From: Azolla caroliniana
Taxonomy: Eukaryota > Plantae > Polypodiophyta
DNA length: 64,000 nucleotides
Assembly (NCBI GenBank): GCA_043228905.1
Contig: JBHGNT010000017.1
Span: 7,812,001-7,876,000, forward strand
Direction: 5' to 3'
Shown here: piece by piece, positions 34,001 through 47,422 of the stretch
Numbering within the stretch: the stretch's first letter is position 1
Layout: the number at the start of each line of letters is the position of its first letter
Position numbers and translations under genes: made by a program
The notes under the pieces: generated by a model
The model's database searches: none
What the model was told of the DNA's origin: nothing
What the model saw: only the letters and a program-made list of their open reading frames with translations

Positions 34001-36219
34001 ATTTTTAGAAAGATAATACTTTGCATTTTGGCATTTGCAAATTATTTTTCCATATAAATGTGTGCAATGAGTTTATCCATTCATATAAATGTGTTCAATG
34101 AGTTTATCCATTCCTTGATGCTTTTGAGCACTATGCTACCAAGTTTGAGAGAGATAGATAGATAGATTATATTATCGTCTTCGGAGATCAAATATGACCC
34201 CTATATTTTGCAGCACATGCCATGTATCAAATTCATGCAACCAATGAAATTTGAACCTGGATCCTAGATATATGAAAACATGGGTTAACACTAAATTACA
34301 ATTGTAACATGGAGAAATAATGAATAGAAGAAACTTTTTTCCATAGTTGAGAACCCAACATTCTACTTCTCCTATCGTTCACATGTTTTGACAATGCGTA
34401 GCACATGCTCTCTCCTCAACTTCCAAACAAGACATAGTAGGTGCCACGAGCTCAAGCTATTTGAATCTCTCTATGACTTCAAGTGCTCCATTGTTGTACA
34501 CAAACATAACCATAGTTTTGGAGCTAATTTGCATGCATGAGGATTTAGGGCTTGTTTTTATAGGCCTAGGTTTGAAAAGTTCTGCTTTGTAAGGCTAGAA
34601 AGGTAGCTTTGGCTTTATAGATGCTCAATGTTTTTTTAAGAGTCAAGACTATTGTGAAATGCACATAAAGATAATCAAAAGTAGCTTCCTTAGCTTCTTA
34701 CTTCTTGCTCAATTTATAGTAGATACAACGGTACCCATTTGGGTTGGCTTATCTACATGCATGCTAAAAGGGTGTGCTAAAAACGGTGGTACAAAGGAAC
34801 ACATGTACACCACAACATGAAGGCATGCAAAGGGATGCACGTGCACCAAAGGGTCACTACACTATATTAGCTTATTTTATGAATTCTCTCTTTTCTATTA
34901 TTTCTCTTATATGTTATGTTATCATGGATCAAAGAAGACTTGGTTGTGCATCAATGTGTCTGTGTGTTCGACATGTGATGTTTTGTTTAGAAGGCATGTT
35001 TTGCATGCAAATAGATATTTTGTTAGTCTTCCTTATCTTGATATACATTCAAACTCATCAAGTACATTCATGGTTGTTGGCATTCTTTTAAATCTTTGTT
35101 AAGGGTCAAAATTAATCATGCAGTTGAACATGTTACAACTTACATTTTATACAAAAACATGACAAAGGAAACAATAACACTCAAGTTGAGAGATAAGTGA
35201 AACATGCTAGATATTTCAACCCAACATGCCAATTTATGATGAAATTGTTTCACATAGCATGTAGTGTGTTGGTATATATATAACAAGATGTTATTTTCCT
35301 ACCGTTAAGAAGAACATCGTCGAGTGGTGAATGGAGATACCTTCGTCCAAACTACTAGAGAGTTACACGCTTCATTGTAACTCTAAACATTCAAATCAAG
35401 AATGTGTTTCTATCATTTGAATGCTACATCAAAACTTCTTGCCAACAAAGTGCAAGAGATTTTAATAAAGCCTTAGAGAAATTACGCCTAGTTGATGACC
35501 GTAGATTAAGGCCTAATGCCAAATGGTAAAGAAAAACTGAAGGACTACATGTAATGAGGCATCATCAATGAAAGATGGAATGTTTAGGTTAACTCTAGTT
35601 TGATCACAACTGGTTTTTGAAACATTGCAAAAGATATGATTGAGTAGGATTATGGTGATTTTTACATATATCACTTTCCTACACTTGTTATAAGTGTTTG
35701 AAAAATTGAATTTAGATTCACTTTTAACACACACCTTTTAATATTGTTAGATTTGCCATATTTTTGGTATCACATAAGGCTCATGAAAAGAAATTTATCC
35801 AAATAACTATCCAACAAGGGCAAAAGGGGCCAATTTTGTTAAACATGTTTTAGAAAATATAAATCCTTGGGGTCAGGGGGCAACCATTTAATCGCAAACC
35901 CAAGTCATTCGCTTATAAAAAAACGAACATCTAGACACGACAAAGGCACATCACCAAACATCAAGGGCCTATCACTTTTATTACAAACCAAGGTTTATTG
36001 GTGGCCATAAAGACTTTAATTTTCTTTTGAAACCAATGCCAGAGGACAATGTCATGTTAAGATGGTATATTTTACATTATTCTATAGATTGTTTCTAAAT
36101 GTAGTTGGGTCTACTTTGACATTGGGTAATATGGGAGAGCATCGTATGATCTTTGCACCATAAGGTTCCATTAAAATCTTTCATTGTCCTATGAGATTAT
36201 AGAATAATGCTCTCAACTC

Positions 36220-36500
36220 TAGATGCAATACATAACTATTCTCAGTTGGAAGTAATCTAAGGATGCCTTCTCACTCTCACACCACTTATATCATGCATTA
36301 GTTTGTAGAAAGTGATCCATGAAGCATCACCTTTCCATTGATTGTTGCATCACCCTATATTTAGATGCAATTTCTATTCTCAGTTGGAGGTCATCTAAGG
36401 ATGCCTTCTCACTCTCACACCACTTACATCACGCTTTAGTTTGTAGAAAGTGATCCATGAAGCATCATCTTTCCATTGATTGTTGCATCGCCCTTTATTT
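36220..36500 (+). repeat. ~140-bp tandem duplication
   Basis: tagatgcaat...ctcagttgga...aaggatgccttctcactctcacaccactta...ccattgattgttgcatc x2. Confidence 0.9.
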
Positions 36501-36824
36501 CATATTTCTTATAATCATCGTTGCCCTCATCACTTGAATGGTTTTTTAGATTTATATCATTTAACTCTTTACCAACCTTTATAGATGTGGGTGTTAAGTT
36601 TTAACATTGATTTATAGTGGTGTTTAAAGTGGAACTATCACAATCCTTTACTCCATCAATGGTCTTATCCTTTATCTAATTGTTATCGAGTCATTTGCGG
36701 CATGTTTAAAGTTTCATTCTATTGGTCCTCCAAATTTTGGTGAATTAATTGTCCTTTTCTTGTATATTTCACTATTAAATCTATAGATTTGCTAATAAAT
36801 TCATATATTTATTCATATATATAT

Positions 36825-37320
36825 TCCAAAAAAAACACTACTTCCCATTAGTTAGCAAACGAAGTACATCAAAGTTCAACCATAATCAGCAAAACTCACA
36901 CTACTCCACACAAAACTAAGCATACTCCCCACCTTGATATTTACAACAAAAGTATCCCGCTAACTCTTTTTACATGGTAACCACATATTTACATCTCCTA
37001 TCCACTAATGGAAGCCATAGGTGGAAACAACCATCTCGGTGCTTGGTAGTTCCATTTAGGCCGTGACAATGATTTTACCATCATAGGAAAATGACCCCAT
37101 TTCAGCAAAAACTTTGACCGAGCCCTTTCTGCTTCATCCGAGTTCCCTTCAATCAAGTTGTATTAAAAGGCGCAACCAAGATACCAAAATGATCCCATTG
37201 GGTTGTTTATCATCCATTGAAACTTAGAATTCTTACACCACACTCCTTTGCATCCAAGCTTCCTTATGAATAGAATGGTATCACATGCCTTTGCAACCAA
37301 GGGTCTTTTGTAAAGATGTG
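36825..37320 (-). mobile_element. 5'-truncated LINE 3' end, related to 30320..31008
   Basis: Minus strand reads KWGHFPMM...PKWNYQAPRWLFPP and shares the terminal ctaactaatgggaa(a)gtag..tttttt. Confidence 0.65.
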
Positions 37321-39801
37321 CCCCTTACGCAACTATATAATGAGTATTTTGTGGGCTCAAAGCTATTGATGCATAAATAAAACTCTTGATCATGAAGCTA
37401 GAAGGACTTGAACCATGAACTTGTGTTGGATAGTCCAAAGAACTTATCAATAGGGCATTTATAAAAAATATCCCTAAATTGCCCATTTAAAAGCTATTAC
37501 ACATAAAAACATTGGATACCATCCATTCGATACCATGCATGGTGCTGCATCTAGATGTCCCTTATGCTAACTTCTTTCTTTCCTGCATAATTTGTCCCTT
37601 TAAGCAATCTAGTCTCACAATTAAAATAACAAGCTTGTGGGCTATCATGGACATCCTTTACAAAAAGAGGGAGGTTACAACGTTCTTATTCTTTTGAAAG
37701 TTTCTTCTCTATTTTTAAATCTTCACTAGTTATGCTTGAACACTTCTCATTAGATATATTTCACTTGCATGGTTTATTGACAAACAATGACAATACACTC
37801 ATTATTCACATTGAATTGAGTACTTTCGGAGATCCAACTTAATTGCCACCATTGTTTTCTCCATCATGGAAGTTTTTCTAAAGCACTTTCCTTGCTTATA
37901 TGTGGGTGTAAGGATCTAGGGTCCAATGACACACTATATTGTTCTCGCCATTAAGTGGAAGTATTTGTTAAGATATAGGCCCTATACTTGGCTTTATTAT
38001 GGATGCTAAGGAGAGTTATTTCAAATAGTCGACTAATTAGAACAATGGGATAAGGGGATGTGGAAGTGGTGCTTACCAATTGCCATGAGAATGTCATGAT
38101 GTGAAGGAGGGTAAAAAGAATAAGTCAAGACTATGCACTTGGGGTTGGGCACTGAAGTGTTGGTTGAACGCAGGAGTTGTCCAAAATGTTTGTTATGCTT
38201 TCCACATTGTTATTCAAAATATAACACTAACATACCATGTTTGCCCACCAAGCTATACTTGTCTTAACTCTATTCATATCATATGCTCAACTTGGACCTA
38301 TTCTTCGAGTATTAGCTTTATATCATACATTGATTACTTAAGCTAGTTAATATTGAACTTGTGTCTTATCCATGATGTTCTAGGCATTATATGGTGAGAT
38401 ATAATGCGTGGCCTATTGGCCATACACCACTACTTTGGGCTTGAAAGAAGTTGCAACTATATAATTTGTACAATGTTATGTATATATACTCTATCTATGC
38501 ATATTAAATTTATATGAACGTTTGGTATTGAATGTTAGATTGCTTGCCAACTATATATCAACTCATCATAACAATCATTGCAAATGATGTAGATAAGTAA
38601 ATAACATTCCCAAAGTATATATATGCTATTTGTCAGCTAATGATTGCTAAACTAGAGGATGTGATCATGAGATAGTTATGACTTATGTGTTGTATTATGC
38701 TACAATGAGTAAATATTCGTTGTATATGGTGAATATATCTTACTGTCAAATTTTCTAAATTTGGGTTAATAGAACTTTTGTATCGTCCATTGGACTTAAT
38801 GACGTTAATTTGAGGAAAAGCCCTAAAACAAGGAAGATTTTCTTACACCAACTATTGTAATCGTCAAACTTCTAATCTCCTCATAAAACTTTAATAATCA
38901 AACTTTTAAGTACTTGTTGACGCATCAACTTGAGGAATTTGTATTTCTTTACTAGTATGATCATGTTGGATTTTAAGAATTTTGTCACATTGTCACAAAT
39001 CAACACTTGGAATTTTATTTTTATCATTACTTCGCCCTCAATTGTAATTAGCTATTTGGTATAAGGTCAACTTTTGCCTAAGCCTTTGTAGACATCACAA
39101 AATACATTGTTGAGCATCGGATTGAAAGATCATGTGAACCACAACAATTATGCATGGTAATAATGGCTCCCTTGATCATATCATGCTTGCACATTTTCTT
39201 GACTTTGGGTTTATCATTGGATTAGATAGCTGAATGGACATGTGATATCCATAATGGAGTTTTAATGATCAACTTTGTTAATAATTTTGCTTGCAATAAT
39301 TTGTATTAATTTAAAATGGATTGAAAATCTAAGATTAGCGGAAGGGTAAATTTTGGAGGCAAGTTTTTGACACATAGGTTGTTAGGGTGACAAGTCATGA
39401 CATACGACAATTCACATGCCCTATAAACTTTCGGGTGGAGTAAACAAACTTTCAACTAAAAACATGTTTGCGAAAGTTCATAAAAGTGAGCAAAGCCTTG
39501 TTAAATACAAATAAGGCAATTATTTTCTCATTGGAACTTATATACTTACTAACTTATATAATTGTTAACATCACCATCAAAGTTGGTTATAAACATGCCT
39601 TCATGTTTGTAAGATATTTGGAAGAGATTGTCATAAAATCTTGGCACACATGCGAGGCAATGGTACAAATGGCAGTCATTATAATGTTCCTTTTCAAATT
39701 TTAGGACACCAATATCCATTCATTGTCCATAGGATACATCAATTAAGGAAATGAGGTTGGGAAGGCCCTTCTGTAAAAATTAATAGTCTCTCTGTCGTAA
39801 T

Positions 39802-39848
<47 letters not shown>

Positions 39849-41029
39849 TGTAGAGATGTGCTTGTATCAAGTGTGTGTGTATTATATGGGAATCTAGAAT
39901 GGGAAGTGATGATTGAAGTATGGGAATTTGAGCCAACTTGGATGATGAGTGATATATATAGCTAATAATTGAATGTCTCCAAAATCGAAATTGAAAGCAA
40001 AGGGAGCCGACAAAGATATAATGACCAATGTGGAGAAAAAAATAAGTGAGGGAGCGGAGCAAAGGAAAATAAAAGATCTCATGAAGGGACAAATAGAAGA
40101 AGAAACAATTTCTTATGTGAGGATTGAAAAGAACGAGAATGATTTCTCTCTTGGTATTTGTGGCATGGGAGTGTGCTCACTCATTCATTGGTTTTATGAT
40201 TAGCTCGCACGTTTTCATGGGTGTGGTCATATCCTTCTTATGACGCCACCTACATTTCATTTTCCTTTGTAATAATCACTTACACACACAACCCTTGGCA
40301 CACATATTCACAACCTTTGGATGGTTTTTGAAGGGCAAAAGAAATGTTCACCCTCCACCAAAGAAGGCCTATTTTAAACTCAATCTCATTTGATGTGAAA
40401 AGAGCAAAATGTGCTTGAATTCTATTACATTCCATTTCATTATGTTAAATTTAATATTGTTGTAAACTGATAAAGAACTTAAATTTCTAAGATATTAATT
40501 GTTGATTAACTTAAAGCCTTTGCACACCAATCCTTAACACACGCAGGATACCCAAATTGGGCATATAAAAGGATACATTATTTCTAAAAATTAGTGTTCT
40601 ACTGGAGTAATGCTAGTTTTATACTCCGTGTTTTATGTAGTACATACCTATATAGAAATATATGAAAAACATTCAAAGGATTCATTTGTGCGAACAAGTT
40701 TTAAAAAGTTAAGGTTCTTGGGAAGGTTAAACCCCTCTTTCAAAGGTAATGCAAGCTTGAAAAGTAAGCATCATTCCACTCTCTCCATGTAAAAATGTTT
40801 CACATTGGTCCATTAGTCATATTTAACCTTTGAGGATGATATCAAAATATATCATATACTCATCTCCTGCTTCTTTTTCTTTTTTCATAAAAGTAGTGTA
40901 TGTATTCAAATACAATGACATTAAAAAACTCCAATAGTGAGAATGTCATGGAAAGGTAATCCCCTTAAGATGTTAAACTAATTCACATGAAGGCAACTCT
41001 ATTGAAATCAAGGTCCTTTTAGAGCTTAG

Positions 41030-41477
41030 TGTCGAATATAGTCGTATGATGGTCGTATTCACACTGTCCATTTGGACAAACCACACTTGTAATAATCGGG
41101 GCATTATGCCCTAGCTTGTGTTAGCATATAACCAAGCTTGTATTGTTTGTTCTTGTTATTGCTCATCTTGAAATATACAGTGTTTATAGTTGTGCCAATC
41201 GTCTCCTTTTTATTTCTTTTCTCCCTTCTTCGTTGCATTAGCCTCATATTTTGTTGTTCATTGCTTCCATTTACACACTTGTTGTCTATTAGATCACACA
41301 TAGACGTGCATAAACTATTGTAGACATTTATTGATTAACGAGCTTATCCCAACAGTTGGGATCAGAGCGAGGTTTGTCCGCTGCAGTTCGTTATTAGCTC
41401 TTGCAACAATCTAACGTCATTTTTCCCTTGCTAAAAACTCCAAGCTTGTTGGATTTTTTGGAAAAGATTCCTCAAGT
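41030..41477 (+). mobile_element. 5' LTR (41030..41354), PBS and leader of an older LTR element (outermost layer of the nest)
   Basis: tgtcgaat...cccaaca, then gt-TGGGATCAGAGC (tRNA-iMet PBS, 1 mismatch). The left boundary is inferred. Confidence 0.6.
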
Positions 41478-41571
41478 TGTTGGGAAACAAGTCCCTCCAG
41501 ATGAGATGCGTCGAACAACCGGTTCCGGATGAAGAACCATTTCAGCCGGAAGACATTCGACAAACACCCGG
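41478..41571 (+). mobile_element. Start of an LTR related to the solo LTR at 53018
   Basis: tgttgggaaacaagtccctccagatg vs tgttgggagacaggtccctccggatg. Confidence 0.65.
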
Positions 41572-41881
41572 TGTCGCGAAGTGTCGCGCATGTGTGTACT
41601 TGGGCGGGACCACGAGGGTCTTGGACTAGGGAGTATGAAGGGATAGAGAAGACCCGAGGTTTTCATTGTGACAAGACTACTTCCCGGGCAAGGGCTCGTT
41701 GCCCTTTTTGTGGGGCCAATGGCTTTGGTTGATCATGACTCGTCGAGTTTTCGAGATCACCGCATGAGCCAAGTGATCAAATGGGTACAAGCAAAGATGA
41801 GCATGCAAAATGAACGCACAAGGGGATGAGAACAAATGCACAAAACCTCGTACGTCTTTATGAGGTGGAGAGGTGCATGGG

Positions 41882-42338
41882 TGTTGTCCAGAGGACAGAA
41901 ATGTAAAATTAGGAAATTAGCAAACGCCGAGTTCGAGTATCATGGGCCACCGATGACTCAGCTGTGTATTAGGGGAAAACGTTATTTAAACGAGGTCCAG
42001 TACCTCAGAGCGAGAGAGAAAAAATATAGGCGGAAGCACTAGCTTAGTCCATCGTAACTAGATAATCCTGTAAGGTCACCGACCGTAGGCCGTGTTCTGT
42101 AATCCTTTTTCTGTCGCAGTAATATATCTTATTTGTGCCCATTTTGCTCCATGTGTCTGTGCTTTGGTTCATACCTATGATTTCAGCGCCGTCCACGCCT
42201 ATCAAGATCTTGCTAGTGTTTTATCTCTGATCATTTTCTCCCTCACGACATCTCTGTTACGAGCCTTCACGTACCACGCCCTTGAGTACTGATAGCCGCA
42301 GATCTATCGAAGGTGTTCACCCAAAGGAACGGGTAACA
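41882..42338 (+). repeat. 5' LTR
   Basis: tgttgtccagagg...gggtaaca. Confidence 0.96.
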
Positions 42339-42343
42339 CAATT

Positions 42344-42356
42344 TGGCACGCCTGGT
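42344..42356 (+). promoter_or_regulatory. Primer binding site TGGCACGCCTGGT (tRNA-Arg-like)
   Basis: Lies 5 nt after the LTR and starts with TGG. TGGCACGCC is the tRNA-Arg PBS type I recall from Ogre-like elements. Confidence 0.8.
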
Positions 42357-45300
42357 TACAGCTGTGAGTGCAGAGCGAACTTCGTTGAAGGTAACCACCA
42401 GCCGCCGTTACGGCGCCCTCTCGCACCACGAGGTCTCGGCCACCTGCCCGACGCCCTGAGCCAATCGAAGGAACTTCCAACTCGGGGGTCACTGACCAAT
42501 CCTTTCCCGAGCAATCGGAGGCTTCCCCAGTGCAATCCTCGCCACCGGACACTCAATCGCGAGTTGATTCACCACCAAAACCCCAGTCGAGCCCTCCGGA
42601 GGTCAATTAACCGGAACTAAACCCTTTTCCGGTGCTACCGGAAGACCCAGAGTACGACATCATGCCGTACCCATACCCACGTTACACCGACGGACCAGAC
42701 GTGGACTCACACATCCGTGCCTTCATATCCATGTGGCAGGCCAACCACTCAATGCACCGCCTCACGCCGGCCGAAATCGATGCCTCAAAGATTGCCGAGT
42801 TCGCACTCTCCCTCGATGGACCGGCCGCACGATGGTACTCTCGCCTCGAATTAGGAGAGGCCACCACTTTCCAAATCGTGCGCACAAAGTTCCTTGAACT
42901 TTTTCATCGTGAGGTGCCTAAACGGGAACTGCTCCGGCAATTCTTCTCTATATGCCAAGAACCGCACGAAACGGTCGCGCAGTTCACGATCCGGTTCCAG
43001 GATCTCTACAGACAAGTGGCCGATGATGTCTCGGCACAACATATACTGGACACTTTCCTGTCCTGTTTACGAGAGCCTCTCCGAACGACTCTTGCACTTA
43101 CAAATTTCGCCAACCATACTATCAAACAAGTCATAGCGTGGGTTCTCGCCCTCGATCGGACCCAGCACGACGCGGCCTTCTCAATGACATCCTTACAAAA
43201 CGCTCTTCCCCAAGAGGAAAATCGCTTTCGCCAAGCTCTCCAATGCACGACGTGTTCAGGATCAGGGCACCTGGCCCTCGAATGTCCCCACCGACCACAG
43301 TGTTCGATCTATTAGTCTCGAGCTCACACTGTCGAGCAGTGCGAATATAATATGCTGAACCGCACAACGGCGGCACCGGTACGCCAGATCGAGCCAAGAA
43401 ATACATACTCTCGGCAGGACGAGCGATATGCCTACCGAGACCAGGATAATGACCGACTGCGATCCCCGGATCGACGGCGCCGAGACGACGACTACCAACG
43501 TGATGACCGCCGTGATGACTATCGCGATGACCGACACGACGATTATGCTCGATATGATGACGATCACGATGACCGGTATGACCGACGGAACTCACGCATT
43601 GATCGGCGAAACGGCAACCGCAACTCACACAACAATAGAAGACATAACGACAATCGCCGACGGGACGCTCCTCAAAATGACCAGCGCAACTCCAACGCAC
43701 CCTCGGAACAACCCACCACCAAACGAGACTAGGAATCAACAACAACAACTTCCACACACAAACTGAGCGGACACCAGCAGCTCGGCCAACGTTACGTGTT
43801 TTAAATGTAACCAACTAGGCCACTACGCCACGCAATGTCCAACGACCGACCGTTGCAAGACACCCGCGGTGAACAATATCATGGCCGATGTTCAAACCGT
43901 CACTACCCGGAGTAAAGCGCAGACTACACAGTGGCAAATCCAGGATGAAGTCCATCAGGCAGCAAAAGAATGGATCGACACGGCCAATAAAACTAATGCT
44001 GCGCGCATGCAAACTGACATAAGAGACGGACCTAGTGACGCACCACAAACCTCAGTACCATCCACATTGTCGGAGGACGACCAACTATGGGATGTTCTTA
44101 CCAACTCCCGCATCTTGCTGCCCCTACATAAACTGTTACCACTCATGCCGAGATTTCGGGACACCCTCGCAGCACTCCAGGCCAATACTAAGCCCGTGAC
44201 GCCACCAGTACACCTCACCGAAGCAGGAACCGGCCCACCACTCATGGATTCTCAGAACCCAGCCGTGCGAATCATCATTAAGGGACAAGACCTGCACGGA
44301 TGCATCATCGACGGCGGATCCGGCGTAAACGTTATTAGCGAGTCAACGTGTCGCAACCTCGGCCTGAATCAATGGGAACCATGCCCCTTTTGGCTTCGGA
44401 TGGCCGACACGCGCTCCGTTCGCCCCATTGGTTTAATCCGCCATCTCGACTTCACACTCGGAGGCCACATGTTCATGATCTCGGCCGTCGTGCTAAGACT
44501 GGAGACACAAGGCGCCTACCCAATGTTACTAGGTCGACCATGGTTGCGTACAACGAATATCAAGCAACATTGGCAACGCAACATGATCTCGTTCCGAAGA
44601 GGCAAGACAAAAGTCCGAATCATCACTGAAGAACGAGTCCCTGTCGCCCTCAACACTTCGCCGTTATACGCAGAAGGGGTCCATATGCTTGATGGTTTGG
44701 CCGATGAGGAGGTCGATGACTTCCTAGATGATCATCCCACGATCATCCCTCTCTTCGAAATCAATGCCTTACCAACCATCGAGCCACCTAAAGACAAGGA
44801 AGTCACGGAGGAATCACCACCCCAAGATGAACCAGATCCAACCACAGTTGCCGAGCTACGCCATGCTCGCGAGGCTTTCGAACGCAAACCAGCCATTTCA
44901 CAACGAGTCAAAGCATCAACCCTGGAAACAATAAACCTCGGCTCGGACGAGAATCCCCGTACGTTACAAATTGCCAATAATCTACCAACCGGAGAGCGAG
45001 CATCCCTCGTACGATTGCTCACCGACTACCAAGATGTTTTCGCTTGGTCTTACACCAATATGAAGGGGCTGGATCCTCAATACTACCAACATCAAATTCA
45101 CATCTTACTCGACACTCGGCCGGTTCAGCAGAGGCGCTACAGGATGAACCCCAACTACGCCGCTAAAGTCAAAGAGGAAATCGACAAACTAGTCTGAGTG
45201 GGCTTCATTCGCCCTGTTAAACGGGCCACGTGGTTGAGCCCGATCGTAGTAGTCCCAAAGAAGAACGGAAAAATCCGCGTCTATGTCGACTATCGGAAGC

Positions 45301-47187
45301 TTAACGCGGCAACAGTCACTGACGGTTTCCCTCTCCCCTTCACGGACAGCGTCCTCGACACGGTAGCCAGCCATGAATGCTACAGTTTCCTCGATGGGTT
45401 CAGCGGCTATAACCAGATAAGAATGCACCCGGAGGATAAGGAGAAAACCTCTTTCATCACGGAATGGGGTGTTTTTGTAGCAGAAGTAATAATGTTCGGT
45501 CTAAAAACGGCGCTGGCTACGTTCCAGCGCATCATCACCGAAATCTTTCATGACTACATCCCGACGTTCATGCAAGTCTTTCTCGATGATTTCGCCGTGT
45601 ATGGCCATCAACGGGAACACATGACCCAGTTACGACTCTGCCTGGACCGATGTCGCCAAGCTCGATTGAGCTTAAACCCGGCGAAATGCGCGTTCTTAGT
45701 CACCAGCGGCAACCTCCTCGGCCACATTGTCAGTCAAGAAGGCATCACTATGGACCCGGATAAAGTAAAGGCCATCCTGACCGCCTCCGCACCCTCGAAC
45801 GCTAAGGCACTAAGCCGATTTTTGGGACAGATCCGGTGGCACAACCGAATGATACGACACCTGGCCGATTTCGCGACACCTTTACACGCGACAGTCCATC
45901 GCCTTCCCTTCCAATGGATGTCAATCGAGGACACGGCCTATCAGACCCTGAAACTAATGTTGTCACATGCCCCGGTGGTCCAGTCTCCGGTTTGGTCCGA
46001 ACTATTTCATGTCTTCGTAGATGCTTCGAACATCGCCATCGGAAGTGCCCTAATGCAATGCACACCCCCGAATTGGTATACGGCCGTGTACTACGCCAGC
46101 CGACGGCTCTTGACCGCGGAAAAGAATTACTCCACCACCGAGCGGGAGGCCCTCGGTATGATTTATAGCATCAATAAATTCCGGCATTACCTCTTGGGCC
46201 GGAAATTTACCTTTCACGTGGATCACTCGGCCCTTCTTTATTTGGTCAATAAACAAGCCCTCACCGGACGGTTGGCTCGGTGGATGCTCCTACTCCAAGA
46301 GTTTGATTTCCAGATTCAGCATCGACCCGGCGTACAACATGCCGTCGCCGACTACTTGAGCCGTCTTGAGTCAGGGGAACCGGCGAAAACAACGTACGAT
46401 GAGCTACCAGACGCCAGCCTATTTAACTTGACCACGATGCCAGACGATAACGAAGATGAATGGATCACGGAGATGAGCCATTTTCTCACTACCGGTTTAC
46501 CTCCCGAGCACATGCCCCTTGACACAAGAAAACGCCTAGCAGTGCGTAGCCGGAATTTTTGCCTCGTTTCGGACATTCTCTACCACAAAGGCTCGGACGG
46601 CATATAATGCGCCGAGCGATTCGGCAATTCGAGAAGAACGCCGTTCTTCAGGAGGCCCACCAGGGAGTAACTGGGGGGCACTACGCCGGGGATTCCACGG
46701 CAAGGAAAGTTTGGCAAAGCGGATTGTGGTGGCTGACAACGAAGAGAGACGCTCATGAGTTTTGCCGGCAGTGTGATTTGTGCCAACGACTGGGGTAACC
46801 AATGGAACAGTCACGCATGCCACACAAGCCGATTCTTCCGTTGGACCCCTTTCAAAAATGGGGTTTGGATTTTATAGGCCCTTTCAAACCACCTGCGGCC
46901 TGTACAAGGAATAGGTATATTATCGTTGCCACGGATTACTGCACCAAATGGGTCGAGGCTAAGGCACTCTGAGACAACATGGCGGCATCCACGGCTAAAT
47001 TCGTGTACGAGCACCTCTAGTGCCGTTACAGATGCCCAATCGAGCTTGTTAGTGACCAAGGTGGGCACTTCATCAATCATATAATACGTGAGCTTACACA
47101 CCACTACGCGGTGGTGCACAAGAAAAGCACACCATACTACCCGCAGGCGAACGGCTTGGCGGAATCGACCAATAAAATCCTCCAAAC

Positions 47188-47371
47188 TGTCGAATACAAG
47201 TGTATAATGGACGTATTCACACTATCCCTTTGTATAGATCAAGTTTGGGCCATTTGTGTAATTAGCATAAATGGTAGATGCCCTAAGTCTGTCACTATAT
47301 ATAGTGACCTTGTAACCTTCTTGTAAGGTTGGGTTGTATTATTGCTTTATGGAATAGAAAGAGTCGTTTTG

Positions 47372-47422
<51 letters not shown>

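Noticed and set aside
34225-37460. B-box-like motifs at ~34230..34290 and ~37390..37450 as tRNA genes
   Set aside because: No cloverleaf can be formed. At most they are SINE or TE relics.
28298-39782. 14-bp inverted match CTTCTGTAAAAATT between the FPF1 leader and 39769
   Set aside because: Several AT-rich 14-mer matches are expected by chance in 64 kb.
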